A DNA stretch of 64,000 nt from an uncultured Spirochaetota bacterium (lineage in GTDB: Bacteria; Spirochaetota; UBA4802; UBA5550): contig CAWHAA010000005.1 in NCBI GenBank assembly GCA_963827275.1, positions 544,001 to 608,000 of the forward strand, written 5' to 3'. Below, in pieces: positions 10,671 through 21,148 of the stretch (positions within the stretch are counted from its first letter, which is position 1; every line of letters starts with the position of its first letter). Made by a program: the position numbers and the translations under genes. The notes under the pieces are model-generated. The model searched no databases and was not told the DNA's origin. It saw nothing but the letters and a program-made list of their open reading frames with translations.

Positions 10671-11876
10671 TCACAGGACAACCTTTTCCCTGAAAAGATC
10701 ATCCACCTCGGCCGGCGTATACCCGAGGCGCTCCTGGAGGATAAAACGGCTGTGCTCACCCAGGCCGGGCGCCGGCATGGTGATCTCCTGTTCGTATTCG
10801 GAAAACCTGAAGGGAAACCCGGGGACGTCGATATCGCCATACTGGGCGTGGGCGACGGTGCGGAACATCCCCCGCTTTTTTAAATTTTCATCTCCGTTCA
10901 CCTGCGCCGTGGTATAGGCAATGCCGCAGGGGATCTTTTTGCTTTCCAGGACCGCGATGATCTCGCGCGAGGTACGCACAGAGGTCCACTCTTCTATAAG
11001 GGCCACTGCCTCGTCATGGTTCTGCACCTGCACTATGACATTGCTGAATTTCGGGTCAGTGGCCATTTCGGGACGGCCGATGATCCCCGTGAGGTCCTTC
11101 CACTGGCGGGGGGTCATGGCGACGACCGCCACCTTCCCGTCCTTCGATTTGAAAAAGCCGTAGAAGGGCATCCGGTCAGGCGAGTTCAGCACATCTTTCG
11201 GGTTGCGGCCCAGCTCTTTCTCCACGAACCCCATGATCGGCTCCAGCGCCTTGTCCATCATGGCACGGTAATTATTGTAGTACATCACGTCCTGCATGGA
11301 GATGTCTATAAACTGGCCCCTGCCGGTCCGCTCGCGCCCCAGCATGGCGATGAGCACCGCAATGGCCGCGTAGGCGCCGGTTACCAGGTCGCCCCAGTAG
11401 TTGTCGGGAAGAAGGAAGGTGTCCTGGTCGTTCCAGTACTGGCCGCCCACGGACTGCGCGACGATATCGAACGCGGACCGCTCCGGTTCCACCCCCGTCG
11501 TTCCAAAGCCGGATATCGCGGCGTAGATGATGTCTTTTTTTAAAGCGCGGATATCGTCATACCCCAGGCCGCCCCGCTCCATCGCGCCGGGGACGAGGTT
11601 GTGGACAAAAATGTCCGCTCCGGACGCGAGCTTTCGCACGATGTCGCGCCCCCGCGGGTCACGCCAGTCCACCGCGATGCCGTACTTGTTCCTGTTCAGT
11701 ACGGAGTAACAGCGCTCCGCGCCGGGCATAAGCTTGAAGATCAGGCGGAGCGTATCGCCCATGGGCGGTTCGATCTTGATCACCTCGGCGCCCAGGTCAG
11801 CGAGTATCTGCGTGCACCGCGAGCCTGATATGAACTGGGTGATATCGATCACCTTGATGCCCTTGAGAACCTGCAT
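10671..11876 (-). CDS. CaiB/BaiF family (class III) CoA-transferase
   Basis: LADLGAEVIKIEP, NRNK, ISGFG, APGLGEH. Confidence 0.92.
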   Translation of the reverse strand: MQVLKGIKVIDITQFISGSRCTQILADLGAEVIKIEPPMGDTLRLIFKLMPGAERCYSVLNRNKYGIAVDWRDPRGRDIVRKLASGADIFVHNLVPGAMERGGLGYDDIRALKKDIIYAAISGFGTTGVEPERSAFDIVAQSVGGQYWNDQDTFLLPDNYWGDLVTGAYAAIAVLIAMLGRERTGRGQFIDISMQDVMYYNNYRAMMDKALEPIMGFVEKELGRNPKDVLNSPDRMPFYGFFKSKDGKVAVVAMTPRQWKDLTGIIGRPEMATDPKFSNVIVQVQNHDEAVALIEEWTSVRTSREIIAVLESKKIPCGIAYTTAQVNGDENLKKRGMFRTVAHAQYGDIDVPGFPFRFSEYEQEITMPAPGLGEHSRFILQERLGYTPAEVDDLFREKVVL

Positions 11877-11994
11877 GGACGCACCCCTCCCCGTTGTAGA
11901 ATCGATATGGATTATTCTCTGAAAAACATCGGTCAGTCAACCGTAAAACTTCTATCGCCGGCGGGTGCGCCCCGTGAAGCAATAAAAAATCCGG

Positions 11995-12960
11995 TTACGC
12001 GGTAAAATGATCATACCCCCGCTTGAGCCCGGCCCTCACCCCGTTCGTCATGAGATAGATGCCCTCTTCTTTTTTCAGAACCTCGCCGACCACGGTGAAA
12101 TCCTTAAATTCATCGCGCAGGCCGGCGCACCGCTCAGGGGCGATGGTGAAGACCAGCTCGAAGTCCTCTCCGCCGTACAGGGCATAGTCGATGGGATCGC
12201 CGGAAACAGCGCGCGCCGCGTCCATGGTCTCCTGCGACAGGGGAATCTTCTCCCCGTCGATGCGCGCGCCGACCCCGCTCTCCCCGCAGAGGTGGGCCAC
12301 CTCGCTCGCGAGCCCGTCGCTCACGTCGATCATGGCGCCGGCGCGGCGCGCGATCGCCGTCCCCTCCCATTGCAGGCGGCAGCGCGGCTCGAGGTAGCCC
12401 CCGAGGTAGCCGTCCTTCTTCCCCGCCATGAGGAGCCGCAGGCCCGCCTCGCTCTTGCCGAGGGTGCCGGTGACGCAGATCAGCTCGCCGGGCCGCGCGC
12501 CGGAGCGGAACCGCACAAAGCGCTTCTCCGCGTCGCCGACCAGCGCAAGGTTCAGGGCGAGCTCGCGTCCCCGCGTGGTGTCGCCGCCGATCAGGGCGAC
12601 GCGGTGCCGCCGCGCCGAATCATACAGGCCGCGATAGAGCTCGTCCATGAATTCGACCTGCGTATCGGCCTTCAGCGCGAGCGAGATGAAAGCCCAGCGC
12701 GGCGTGCCGCCCATCGCGACGATGTCCGACACGTTTACCTCCATGAGCTTCCATCCCACCTGCCAGGGTGAGTGCCATTCGGGGGAAAAATGGGTGTTCT
12801 CCACCATCATGTCCACGGTGACGAGCAGGTACCGGTCCTCAGTGTATTCCAGCACCGCACAGTCATCGCCCACGCCCTTGACGATGGCGGGATCGGCATG
12901 GGCCACGCCGGTGACCCGCTTGATGAAGGCGAATTCCCCGCCGATATCGGACAGCTTCAC
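11995..12960 (-). CDS. thiL: Thiamine-monophosphate kinase
   Basis: GVGDDCAV, VNVSDIVAMGG, IGGDTT, IDVSDGL, GGEDFEL. Confidence 0.95.
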   Translation of the reverse strand: MKLSDIGGEFAFIKRVTGVAHADPAIVKGVGDDCAVLEYTEDRYLLVTVDMMVENTHFSPEWHSPWQVGWKLMEVNVSDIVAMGGTPRWAFISLALKADTQVEFMDELYRGLYDSARRHRVALIGGDTTRGRELALNLALVGDAEKRFVRFRSGARPGELICVTGTLGKSEAGLRLLMAGKKDGYLGGYLEPRCRLQWEGTAIARRAGAMIDVSDGLASEVAHLCGESGVGARIDGEKIPLSQETMDAARAVSGDPIDYALYGGEDFELVFTIAPERCAGLRDEFKDFTVVGEVLKKEEGIYLMTNGVRAGLKRGYDHFTA

Positions 12961-14228
12961 TTATTGTACCGCGTCCTGCATTCCTTGTTTATTTTCGCCG
13001 AGCAGAAGTCCCCGCACATGGTGCACACCTCGGCCTCGTCACGGCCCGTCTCCTTGCGGATGGCGCGCGCCTTCTCCGGGTTCATCGCGTTGCGGTACAT
13101 TCCCTCCCAGTCGAGGTTGCTCCGTGCCCGTGACATTTCGTCGTCGCGGTCGCGCGAGCCGGGGATGCCCCGGGCAATGTCCGCCGCGTGCGCCGCGATC
13201 TTCGAGGCGACCACGCCGTCGATGACGTCCTGAATGTCCGGCAGGCCCAGGTGCTCCTTGGGCGTGAGGTAGCAGAGAAAGTCCGCGCCGTAGAAGGCGG
13301 CGAGCGCGCCGCCGATCGCGCCGGTCAGGTGGTCATAGCCGGGCGAGCAGTCGGTCACGAGCGGCCCCAGCACGTAAAAGGGCGCACCGTCGCAGTATTT
13401 TTTCTGGAGCTCGATATTTTCGCGTATCAGGTGGAGCGGCACGTGGCCGGGCCCCTCGATCATGACCTGCACGTCCTTCGCGCGGGCCCGCGCCGCCAGC
13501 TCGCCCAGGGTCTTCAGCTCTTCGTACTGGGCCGGGTCGCTGGCGTCGGCAAGGCAGCCCGGACGCAGGCCGTCGCCGAGGCTCAGGACCACGTCATGCC
13601 TGCGCGCCATCTCCAGGATCTCGTCGTAGCGGGTGTAGAGCGGGTTCTCTCGGTCATGGTGGAGCATCCACTTGATGAGGAAGCTCCCGCCGCGCGAGAC
13701 CACGCCCATGATGCGCGACCCGAGCAGGGGCACGCACTTCCGGGTAACACCGCAGTGCACGGTGATGAAGTCCACGCCGTCCTCGATGTGCGTCCGGATC
13801 GATTCGAGAAAATCGTCCTCGGAGAGGCCGGCCACGTCCGGGCACCGCACGATCGCCTCGTATACCGGCACCGTGCCCACCGGTATTGTTGACCCGCCGA
13901 TGATCATCCGGCGCATCGCGTGGATGTCCCCGCCGGTGGAAAGGTCCATCACCGTGTCGGCCCCGTACCTGACCGAGGCCGCGAGCTTTTCCATCTCCAT
14001 GTCCGGGTCGTTGTTATAGCCCGAGGTGCCGATGTTGGCATTGATCTTGATCTTCAGGCCCCTGCCGATCCCCACGGGCGCGCAGTCATGGAGCGCGCTC
14101 TTGCAGATGACCGTCCTGCCCGCCGCGATATCGCCGCGTATCGTTTCCGCGTCAAGCGGCTCGCGCCCGGCCACCGCCGCCATCTCGGGGGTGATGGCGC
14201 CCTTCTTCGCCTGTTCCAGTTGCGTCAT
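12957..14228 (-). CDS. thiC: Phosphomethylpyrimidine synthase ThiC
   Basis: KINANIG, MDLSTGG, SLGDGLRPG, EGPGH, CTMCGDFC; start overlaps the thiE stop (ATGA). Confidence 0.96.
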   Translation of the reverse strand: MTQLEQAKKGAITPEMAAVAGREPLDAETIRGDIAAGRTVICKSALHDCAPVGIGRGLKIKINANIGTSGYNNDPDMEMEKLAASVRYGADTVMDLSTGGDIHAMRRMIIGGSTIPVGTVPVYEAIVRCPDVAGLSEDDFLESIRTHIEDGVDFITVHCGVTRKCVPLLGSRIMGVVSRGGSFLIKWMLHHDRENPLYTRYDEILEMARRHDVVLSLGDGLRPGCLADASDPAQYEELKTLGELAARARAKDVQVMIEGPGHVPLHLIRENIELQKKYCDGAPFYVLGPLVTDCSPGYDHLTGAIGGALAAFYGADFLCYLTPKEHLGLPDIQDVIDGVVASKIAAHAADIARGIPGSRDRDDEMSRARSNLDWEGMYRNAMNPEKARAIRKETGRDEAEVCTMCGDFCSAKINKECRTRYNK

Positions 14229-14836
14229 AAGCCGAACTTCCTTTGAAACATTATTATTTCCTCTTTTACCTGTGGCTTCGTCACAACCGCTGATATGGCG
14301 CATACCATGTCGGCGCCCGCGCGTATCACCTCGTCCGTGTTCGACAGGCCGATGCCGCCGATCGCGACAAGCGGTACCCGGCACGCCTTCCGTATCGCGG
14401 CGAGGACCGCGGTGCCGCAGGGAGCGCCCGCGTCCGCCTTGGTGCCGGTCGCGTATATGGGGCTCACCCCCAGGTAATCGGCGCCCATCGCTTCCGCTTC
14501 GCGCGCCTCGTTTACATCATGCACGGTCACGCCGATGACCCGCTCCCTCCCCAGGAGCCGTCGCGCTTCCCGGTAGGGCATGTCGTCGTTCCCTATATGG
14601 ACCCCCCCGGCGCCGACCGCCAGGGCGATGTCGATCCGGTCGTTCACGATGAAGAGCGTGCGGGTACCGGCGCAGATTTCGCCGATGAGCCGCGCCTCGT
14701 CATGGAGCGCCCGCGTTGATGCGGACTTGTTGCGGTACTGGACCGCTGCGACGCCGGCGGCGACGGCGTTCCTTACGTCGCTGATCACGCCCGCGGCGCT
14801 GAGCGTCTCATCCGTGATGAAATAATACCCCTTCAC
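14225..14836 (-). CDS. thiE: Thiamine-phosphate synthase
   Basis: QYRNK, IVNDRID, GVHIGNDD, VAIGGI. Confidence 0.95.
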   Translation of the reverse strand: MKGYYFITDETLSAAGVISDVRNAVAAGVAAVQYRNKSASTRALHDEARLIGEICAGTRTLFIVNDRIDIALAVGAGGVHIGNDDMPYREARRLLGRERVIGVTVHDVNEAREAEAMGADYLGVSPIYATGTKADAGAPCGTAVLAAIRKACRVPLVAIGGIGLSNTDEVIRAGADMVCAISAVVTKPQVKEEIIMFQRKFGL

Positions 14837-14837
14837 G

Positions 14838-15629
14838 TCAGGCCGTCACCTTCTGCATGGCATCCACGTCCTCTTTTGTCAGGCGGAATACGCTGTCGAG
14901 CAGGCGCTCCTTGAACGACGCCGGCCCGGCGCACCCCTTCACCGCCAGCTCCGCCGCTATCTCGTAGCACGAGAGGCCGGCCGCCGCCGCCGCGGTCACG
15001 TCATGGGGCGACGCGCCGGCGAAGGTCCCGATGACCGACGCGGCCATGCAGCCGGTACCGACCACGTGCGCCATCATTTCGTCCCCGTTCCTGACAATGA
15101 ACATAGACCGGGGGTCGGCGACGATGTCTTCCCTGCCGGTAATGACCACGGTACATTCCCTCTCCATGGCAAGGAACCGGGCAATGTCCTGGAGGTCTTC
15201 CCGCACCACGGCAGAGTCAACGCCCCTCGTGCGCACGTCCCTGCCCGCGATCCGCGCCATTTCGGACGCGTTGCCCTTTATGATGTCGATGCGCGCCTCT
15301 TTCAGCAGCTCGAAGCTCTTGTGGTCGCGGAAGGAAGTGGCGCCGGCGCCGCACACGTCAAGCACCACCGGGATGCCCCGGCCGTTCGCGGCGCGCGCGG
15401 CACTCTTCATGCTCTCGATGAATTCAGTCGTAAGGGTGCCGATGTTCAATACGAGCGCGGAAGCCAGGCCCGCCATGGCGGCGGCCTCCTCGGGGGCGTG
15501 CGCCATCACCGGCGACGCGCCGAAGCTCTTCACCACCTGTGCGCAATCGTAGATCGTGACCCAGTTGGTGAGGTGATGCACCAGCGGCTTTTTGTCACGA
15601 ACGGCCTGGAGAAACGAATAGACGTCCAT
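14838..15629 (-). CDS. thiM: Hydroxyethylthiazole kinase
   Basis: PLVHHLTN, GASPVMA, LNIGT, KGNASE, GTGC. Confidence 0.95.
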   Translation of the reverse strand: MDVYSFLQAVRDKKPLVHHLTNWVTIYDCAQVVKSFGASPVMAHAPEEAAAMAGLASALVLNIGTLTTEFIESMKSAARAANGRGIPVVLDVCGAGATSFRDHKSFELLKEARIDIIKGNASEMARIAGRDVRTRGVDSAVVREDLQDIARFLAMERECTVVITGREDIVADPRSMFIVRNGDEMMAHVVGTGCMAASVIGTFAGASPHDVTAAAAAGLSCYEIAAELAVKGCAGPASFKERLLDSVFRLTKEDVDAMQKVTA

Positions 15630-15694
15630 AGTGAATGGTCCTGAAATGCTGTAATAGTACTACGGAATGGTCTTCTTGAGGATTTGTGATTATT

Positions 15695-15780
15695 CGCCTC
15701 GGCTCCCTTCGCTGGCATTATCCAGATCAGGTTCATCGGGTATAATCTCAGGCCCCTTTCGGAACCACCCCATGGCATTA
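15695..15780 (-). ncRNA. TPP riboswitch
   Basis: Minus strand reads GGGG...CTGAGATTATACCC..GAACCTGATCTGGATAATGCCAGCGAAGGGA, the TPP aptamer consensus, upstream of thiM. Confidence 0.93.
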
Positions 15781-15943
15781 CTACAATACTAAAAGCGATA
15801 AATATAGTCAAGCTAAAGTGGGCGGATTTTCCCGGCACCATGAAGGAAGGGCCTGGTGGCCCCGCCTTCATATTAACGCTTGACGAACGCCCCGGCACCG
15901 TACGATACTCGGAGAGCATTTTCCAGGCAGGAGGCTTCACGTA

Positions 15944-17692
15944 ATGACCGGAACAACATCACGCATTGCCATTCTCTCCGCAACGCTCGTCCTTGCGGCC
16001 TGCAGCTGCGCCAGGGACGAAGCCGGTCCCTCTATCGTCCCGGCGGACAGCAAGCTTGCCGCGCACTCGAAAGAATTCGAGAAAAAAATCTACCGGGTCG
16101 CCGACGGCGTCTACTCCGCGGTCGGCTACGGGCTCGCGAATTCCATCATGCTGGTCGGGAAGAACGGGATCGTCGTGGTCGACACCATGGAAAACCGCGC
16201 CCAGGCGCGCGCCGTGCTGAAGGAATTCAGGACAATCACCCGCCTGCCGGTCAGGGCCATCATCTACACCCATTTTCACGCGGACCACATCTTCGGCGCT
16301 GCCGAGTTCGCCGCGCAGCCCTCGCCCGATGTTTACGCGCACGAAACGACCGACGGCCTGGCCGAGCGGTTCGTGAGCGAAACCGCGCCGATCATCGGCG
16401 TACGGAGCATGCGCATGTTCGGGACGTATTTAAGCAGGGAATCACTCGTCAACGCGGGCATCGGGCCGTTCCTCTCCTTCGCCGGCAGCGCGGAGCTGGG
16501 CTACCTCAGGCCGACGAAGACCTACCGGGACCGGCTCGCGGTGACGATTGCCGGCATGGCAATCGAGCTCATACACGCACCCGGCGAGACCGACGACCAG
16601 ACCTACGTGTGGCTCCCGGAAAAAAAGCTCCTCATATCAGCGGACAACCTCTACAAGGCGTTCCCGAACCTCTACACCATCAGGGGGACATGGTTCCGCA
16701 GCCTGAAGAGCTGGTACCGGTCGATCGATATCATCCGCGACCTGCGCCCGCGCCACCTGGTCCCCTGCCACGGGAGGCCGGAATCGGGGGCGGAAAATAT
16801 CTCCCGCATCGCGACCGATTACCGGGACGCGATCCAGTACGTGCACGACCAGTCCCTGCGCGGCATCAACCGGGGGATGACTCCGGACGACCTGGCGGGA
16901 TTTGTCACGCTGCCGCCGCACCTTGCGGCGTCGCCCTATCTCCAGGAGTTCTACGGCAAGGTGTCATGGTCGGCGCGCGCCATGTTCGCGGGGAACATCG
17001 GCTGGTTCAGCGGCGATTCCGCCGACCTCCACCCCCTCATGCCACGGGAGGAGGCGCGGATGATGGCCGCCATCGCGGGCGGCGAAGGGAAGCTCCTCGA
17101 CCACGCGAAGCAATACGCCGAAAAGGGGGAGCACCAGGCGGCGCTCCAGCTCACCGGCCACCTGCTGCGGCTCGATCCGAAGAACGGGGAAGCGCGCGCG
17201 CTCAGGATACGGGCGCTCACCGCGCTGGGCGAGCGCGAAAGCAACCCGAACGCGCGCCACTACTACCTGACCGAGGCGCAGGAGATGCGGGACAGCTTCG
17301 TGGCCGCGCCGAAGGTGAGGCCGGACCGCGCCATGGTGCTCCGCTTCCCCCTGTCGTTTTTCTTCGATTCAATGGCGGTCAACCTTGACGCAGGGGCATG
17401 CCGGGACGTCGACAGGCGGGCGGGATTCAGGTTTACCGACACGGGCGAGTCCTGGACCATCCACCTCCGACGGGGCGTGGCGGAGACCAGGCCGAAGCTG
17501 CTCGATAATCTTGACATTCTCGTGTACGCGGATTCGAAAAAATGGAAGGAGATGCTGGCGAAGCTCAGGAACCCGGCCCTCACCCTTGCCGGCTTCGAGT
17601 ACCGGAAGGGAAACGCGGTCCAGCTTGCGCGGTTCCTGGGCTATTTCGAGCAGCCGAAGATCGGCCTGTCATTCGAGGGAGGGGGAGAATAG
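15944..17692 (+). CDS. Alkyl/aryl-sulfatase (SdsA/BDS1-type MBL fold with dimerisation and SCP2-like domains), probable lipoprotein
   Basis: YTHFHADH, APGETDDQ, FPNLYTIRG, PCHG, FYG. Confidence 0.88.
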   Translation: MTGTTSRIAILSATLVLAACSCARDEAGPSIVPADSKLAAHSKEFEKKIYRVADGVYSAVGYGLANSIMLVGKNGIVVVDTMENRAQARAVLKEFRTITRLPVRAIIYTHFHADHIFGAAEFAAQPSPDVYAHETTDGLAERFVSETAPIIGVRSMRMFGTYLSRESLVNAGIGPFLSFAGSAELGYLRPTKTYRDRLAVTIAGMAIELIHAPGETDDQTYVWLPEKKLLISADNLYKAFPNLYTIRGTWFRSLKSWYRSIDIIRDLRPRHLVPCHGRPESGAENISRIATDYRDAIQYVHDQSLRGINRGMTPDDLAGFVTLPPHLAASPYLQEFYGKVSWSARAMFAGNIGWFSGDSADLHPLMPREEARMMAAIAGGEGKLLDHAKQYAEKGEHQAALQLTGHLLRLDPKNGEARALRIRALTALGERESNPNARHYYLTEAQEMRDSFVAAPKVRPDRAMVLRFPLSFFFDSMAVNLDAGACRDVDRRAGFRFTDTGESWTIHLRRGVAETRPKLLDNLDILVYADSKKWKEMLAKLRNPALTLAGFEYRKGNAVQLARFLGYFEQPKIGLSFEGGGE

Positions 17693-17731
17693 AGGCGGTG
17701 CGCCCCGGCCCGGCCCGCGGAGCCCCGATAA

Positions 17732-18619
17732 CTACCTGGCGCGGTTTTTCAGCGTGTCGAGAATACCCTGCTTCCGCTCCTGCAGCTTGTCCTGGATCGC
17801 CTTTTTGTCCGGGAGCCTGTCCTGGATTTCCTTTTTGTTCAGCAGCTTGTCCTTCAGGTCCCTGGTGCTCTCAAACCCCTTGTCCTTGAGCTCCTGGCGC
17901 AGCTTCAGGATGCGATTGTCGAGCTCTTTTCTCGTATCGAGGTTGAGGTTTTTGAAGTCGGGCAGCTCCTTCAAGGTTGCCGCCTGTTTGACAAAGGAGT
18001 CCTTGACTTCCGCCCGTATGGCGGAAAGGGATATCTTTCTCTTCTTCGTGAGAATGTCGAGCACCGTCGCCTTATCGAGGCTCAGGGACTGGCCTTCCGT
18101 CACCATCTGGGCTATCTGGGTCTGTATCGCGCCGTCGGTCACGGGGTTCACCAGCACACTGCCGGTGAACACGTTGAGCTCCGACCGGGACTCGTCTCCC
18201 GAGACCTGGAAAATCGTCCCCCGCACCGAGGCGATCTGTGTCCGGGTCTTCACCTGGTAGCTGTCCCCCTTGCCGAGCTTTGACATGATGACCAGGACGC
18301 CGCCCTTCTCCATGTCAAGGTCAGGTGCGCCTTTCTTTTCAAGCGACGCGACCGCGACCTTCGTTTGCTCCTGTATCCGCATCATTCCCCTGCCGCCGAG
18401 CGACACATCCGCCATCGAGCTTTTCCCCGTGACGACGGTCTGGGCCCCGGTGAGATACTGCCCCCGCACGGCCGTTTTCGACGTCTTGCCGGTGATGATC
18501 TTTACGTTTCCCAGGACAGTGACGAGGCGGTAGGTGCCCGCCGCATGGACGGGCACATGAGCGGCAGAAAGCATTGTCACGGCGATGAAGGCGATAACCG
18601 CGGTATGGGAAAATTTCAT
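17732..18619 (-). CDS. Exported FecR-domain protein
   Basis: Signal peptide; VVTGKSS, VKTRTQIASVRGTIF; charged C-terminus. Confidence 0.75.
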   Translation of the reverse strand: MKFSHTAVIAFIAVTMLSAAHVPVHAAGTYRLVTVLGNVKIITGKTSKTAVRGQYLTGAQTVVTGKSSMADVSLGGRGMMRIQEQTKVAVASLEKKGAPDLDMEKGGVLVIMSKLGKGDSYQVKTRTQIASVRGTIFQVSGDESRSELNVFTGSVLVNPVTDGAIQTQIAQMVTEGQSLSLDKATVLDILTKKRKISLSAIRAEVKDSFVKQAATLKELPDFKNLNLDTRKELDNRILKLRQELKDKGFESTRDLKDKLLNKKEIQDRLPDKKAIQDKLQERKQGILDTLKNRAR

Positions 18620-18765
18620 AAAAGACCTCCTCCGGAAACAATATACGCCGCCAGCAGGGCGCGGGAAATTCGCACAGGAGTCACTGCTATATCACGATCG
18701 TTGAATTTTCAATAATTTTTTTATTATAATTTTCGGATACCGGCTCCGCGATTGCCGCGGTATAA

Positions 18766-18817
18766 AAAATAAAAGCGCAGATACAGGTACCGGGGTATAA
18801 CATCTGCGCTTTATTTT
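18766..18817 (-). terminator. Inverted repeat / terminator downstream of the AEKK-repeat gene
   Basis: AAAATAAAAGCGCAGAT...ATCTGCGCTTTATTTT near-perfect arms. Confidence 0.55.
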
Positions 18818-18860
18818 GTTATGCGATCGAAACGATCAGCGATAACTGTTGGGCTAAAAA

Positions 18861-19199
18861 CTACTTCTTCTCAGCTTTATTTTCTGCCTTCTTTTCGACT
18901 GCAGCAGCTTTCTTCTCAGCTTTCTTTTCGACTACAGCAGCTTTCTTCTCGGCTTTCTTTTCGGCTACGGCAGCTTTCTTCTCGGCTTTCTTTTCGGCTA
19001 TTTCAGCTTTCTTCTCGGCTTTCTTTTCGGCTACGGCAGCTTTCTTCCCAGCCTTCTTTTCGGCTACAGCAGCTTTCTTCTCGGCTTTTTGCTCGACTTT
19101 CTTGTCAGCTTTGGGATCGGCTTTCTTCGCTTCTTCGGTATAACCGATAACAGCCAGACCGAAAACCATCGCCAGAGCTATAGTAAGAACCTTTTTCAT
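18861..19199 (-). CDS. Small exported Lys/Ala/Glu-rich repeat protein (AEKK repeats)
   Basis: Signal peptide, AGGAGG RBS, repeated AEKKAEKKAAV (33-bp DNA period). Confidence 0.8.
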   Translation of the reverse strand: MKKVLTIALAMVFGLAVIGYTEEAKKADPKADKKVEQKAEKKAAVAEKKAGKKAAVAEKKAEKKAEIAEKKAEKKAAVAEKKAEKKAAVVEKKAEKKAAAVEKKAENKAEKK

Positions 19200-19315
19200 T
19201 TAAGAAGCCTCCTAAAATTTTGTATTATCCCGGAACCAAATTTTATTGCAGTTTTAAATGCAACTGTAATATATGACAGAACCCGGGGCATAACCGGCCA
19301 CTTTTTTTAAAAAAA

Positions 19316-19828
19316 ATGATCCCGAAAGAAAAAATATCGCTCCTGTATAAAGAGCACTCGCCAGAATTATTCCGATACCTGTATAAGCTTACCGGCGATT
19401 CGGACGCATCCGAAGACCTTTTACAGGAGACATTCGAGAAATTCATCGCTTACAGCGCTGAAAAAGAGGTCCAGGAGGGCAAATACCGCGCTTTCCTCTA
19501 TAAAACGGCCCACAACCTGTGTATCAACCACCTCATGAGGCAAAACCGCACCCATCCCGGGGCTATGGACGACATGGAAGAGAGCCTCAAAACAGAGGAC
19601 GGACACCATGACCGCCTTGTCCTGGATGATTTAAATAAAAAGATATACCAGGTCCTTGAATCGATCTCACCCGAATCACGCTCAATTTTCATACTTCACA
19701 AGGAAAACGGCATGGGGTATGACGAGATAGCGGAAAACCTCTCCCTGTCATCGCGCACGGTGCGGCGGAGGGTCAGGGAGGTGATAGACGTTCTCTACGT
19801 GGAATTAAAAAAAGAAGGATTCATCTGA
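19316..19828 (+). CDS. ECF RNA polymerase sigma-70 factor
   Basis: Region 2 (SEDLLQETF, FLYKTAHNLCIN) and region 4 (GYDEIAENL..SSRTV). Confidence 0.9.
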   Translation: MIPKEKISLLYKEHSPELFRYLYKLTGDSDASEDLLQETFEKFIAYSAEKEVQEGKYRAFLYKTAHNLCINHLMRQNRTHPGAMDDMEESLKTEDGHHDRLVLDDLNKKIYQVLESISPESRSIFILHKENGMGYDEIAENLSLSSRTVRRRVREVIDVLYVELKKEGFI

Positions 19829-19942
19829 TGATCTGATCCCGAAGCCCGGATGCCATGAGAAAAGCGCAAATAATATTGTCATTTTAAAATAAGTTTGTCA
19901 AAATTTCTGCCGCCGATTGTTATACTATATGAGAGACTGCTT

Positions 19943-20854
19943 ATGAAAGGACACGTAACGCCCGGAACGCTGGTCAAGCTCCTCCAGGACGATGTAACGG
20001 CCCGGAAGGCGCTCATGGTGCGCGAGCATATTGACGGGTGTCCTTCATGCGCCGCTATGTTCCAGGCCCTCAGTCAGATAACCGCCCCTTCGCCCGGCAG
20101 GACGATCAGGCCCGACCGCCGGGTGCTCGGGAAAATACTTTCCTTTCATGCCTCATATGTTCCCCCTGCGACCATTACGGTCCCCGGGCCCCGGGTACGC
20201 CGCCTGCGTTTTTCCGCCGCCGCGGCATGCGCGGCGCTCGCCGTCATATTCATCTTCGGCGTGTATTCCCGCATGCAATTTGAGCACGCGCCGATCCAGG
20301 CCGCGAAGGTGAAGGGCATTGTAAAGGCGGACAGGTACACGCTGCGGAAAGGCCAGCACCTGTCCCCCGGCACGCTCATCACCACCGGAGAGGACTCGAA
20401 ACTCGCGATTTTCTACGGGACAATCATGAAGCTCGTTGCCGGGCCGCACACGAGCATATCGGTCACGAAATCGCACATAGACCGTAAAACCGGCAAGATC
20501 CATTTCGAGATGGTGATCGACAAGGGTACCATTATCGCGGTATTCGACAGCGGCCGGAAGCTCCAGTACACCCTGATCACGCCGCACGGCAAGGTCTCTT
20601 CGACAGGGTCAAAAATCGCAATGAAAGTAAACCCGACAAAGACCCGGGTCGCGGTGAAGGACGGCGCGGCGAATATCTCCTCCACTCACGGCTACTCCGT
20701 CAACACGGAGGAAGGGAGCGGCTATTCCATCATCAACAATGAAATGACCTCGGCGTTCGATGCCCCTGATAATGACGACACCGACGGCGACACCCTTTAC
20801 AACAACACCCTCCAGGACCTGGCGGACGATGACGACGAGACCGTCGTAGAATAA
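19943..20854 (+). CDS. Anti-sigma factor (zinc-binding HxxxCxxC, TM helix, FecR-like domain)
   Basis: HIDGCPSC, one TM segment, ITTGEDS...ITPHG; follows the ECF sigma gene. Confidence 0.75.
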   Translation: MKGHVTPGTLVKLLQDDVTARKALMVREHIDGCPSCAAMFQALSQITAPSPGRTIRPDRRVLGKILSFHASYVPPATITVPGPRVRRLRFSAAAACAALAVIFIFGVYSRMQFEHAPIQAAKVKGIVKADRYTLRKGQHLSPGTLITTGEDSKLAIFYGTIMKLVAGPHTSISVTKSHIDRKTGKIHFEMVIDKGTIIAVFDSGRKLQYTLITPHGKVSSTGSKIAMKVNPTKTRVAVKDGAANISSTHGYSVNTEEGSGYSIINNEMTSAFDAPDNDDTDGDTLYNNTLQDLADDDDETVVE

Positions 20855-20954
20855 CGCCCCGCTGCCACGGCCTGTATCTGAAAAATAATCGTCCCTCCTT
20901 CATACTGGCCCGAATTATGCGTCAGAAAAATTTTTTTATTTTTTCCCAAAAGTA

Positions 20955-20983
20955 TTGATTATTCGCCCTGCCGTTATTATATT
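20955..20983 (+). promoter_or_regulatory. Sigma70-like promoter
   Basis: TTGATT-17 bp-TATATT. Confidence 0.5.
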
Positions 20984-21118
20984 ATGTCCAGAAGGAATTC
21001 AGCCTGTCACTGTAAGACATAGCACAAGAATTTAAGTGCGGTCTTTAGCTTGTTAAAAGCGGATGTGATAAAAGCTGAAGAATATGTTTTAAGGTACATC
21101 TATGAGTAACGGTTTTTA

Positions 21119-21148
21119 GGAAGCCACCCGGTAAAAGGGGTGGCTTCC
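21119..21148 (+). terminator. GC-rich hairpin, possible terminator
   Basis: GGAAGCCACCC-8 nt-GGGTGGCTTCC perfect 11-bp stem; weak U-tract. Confidence 0.55.
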
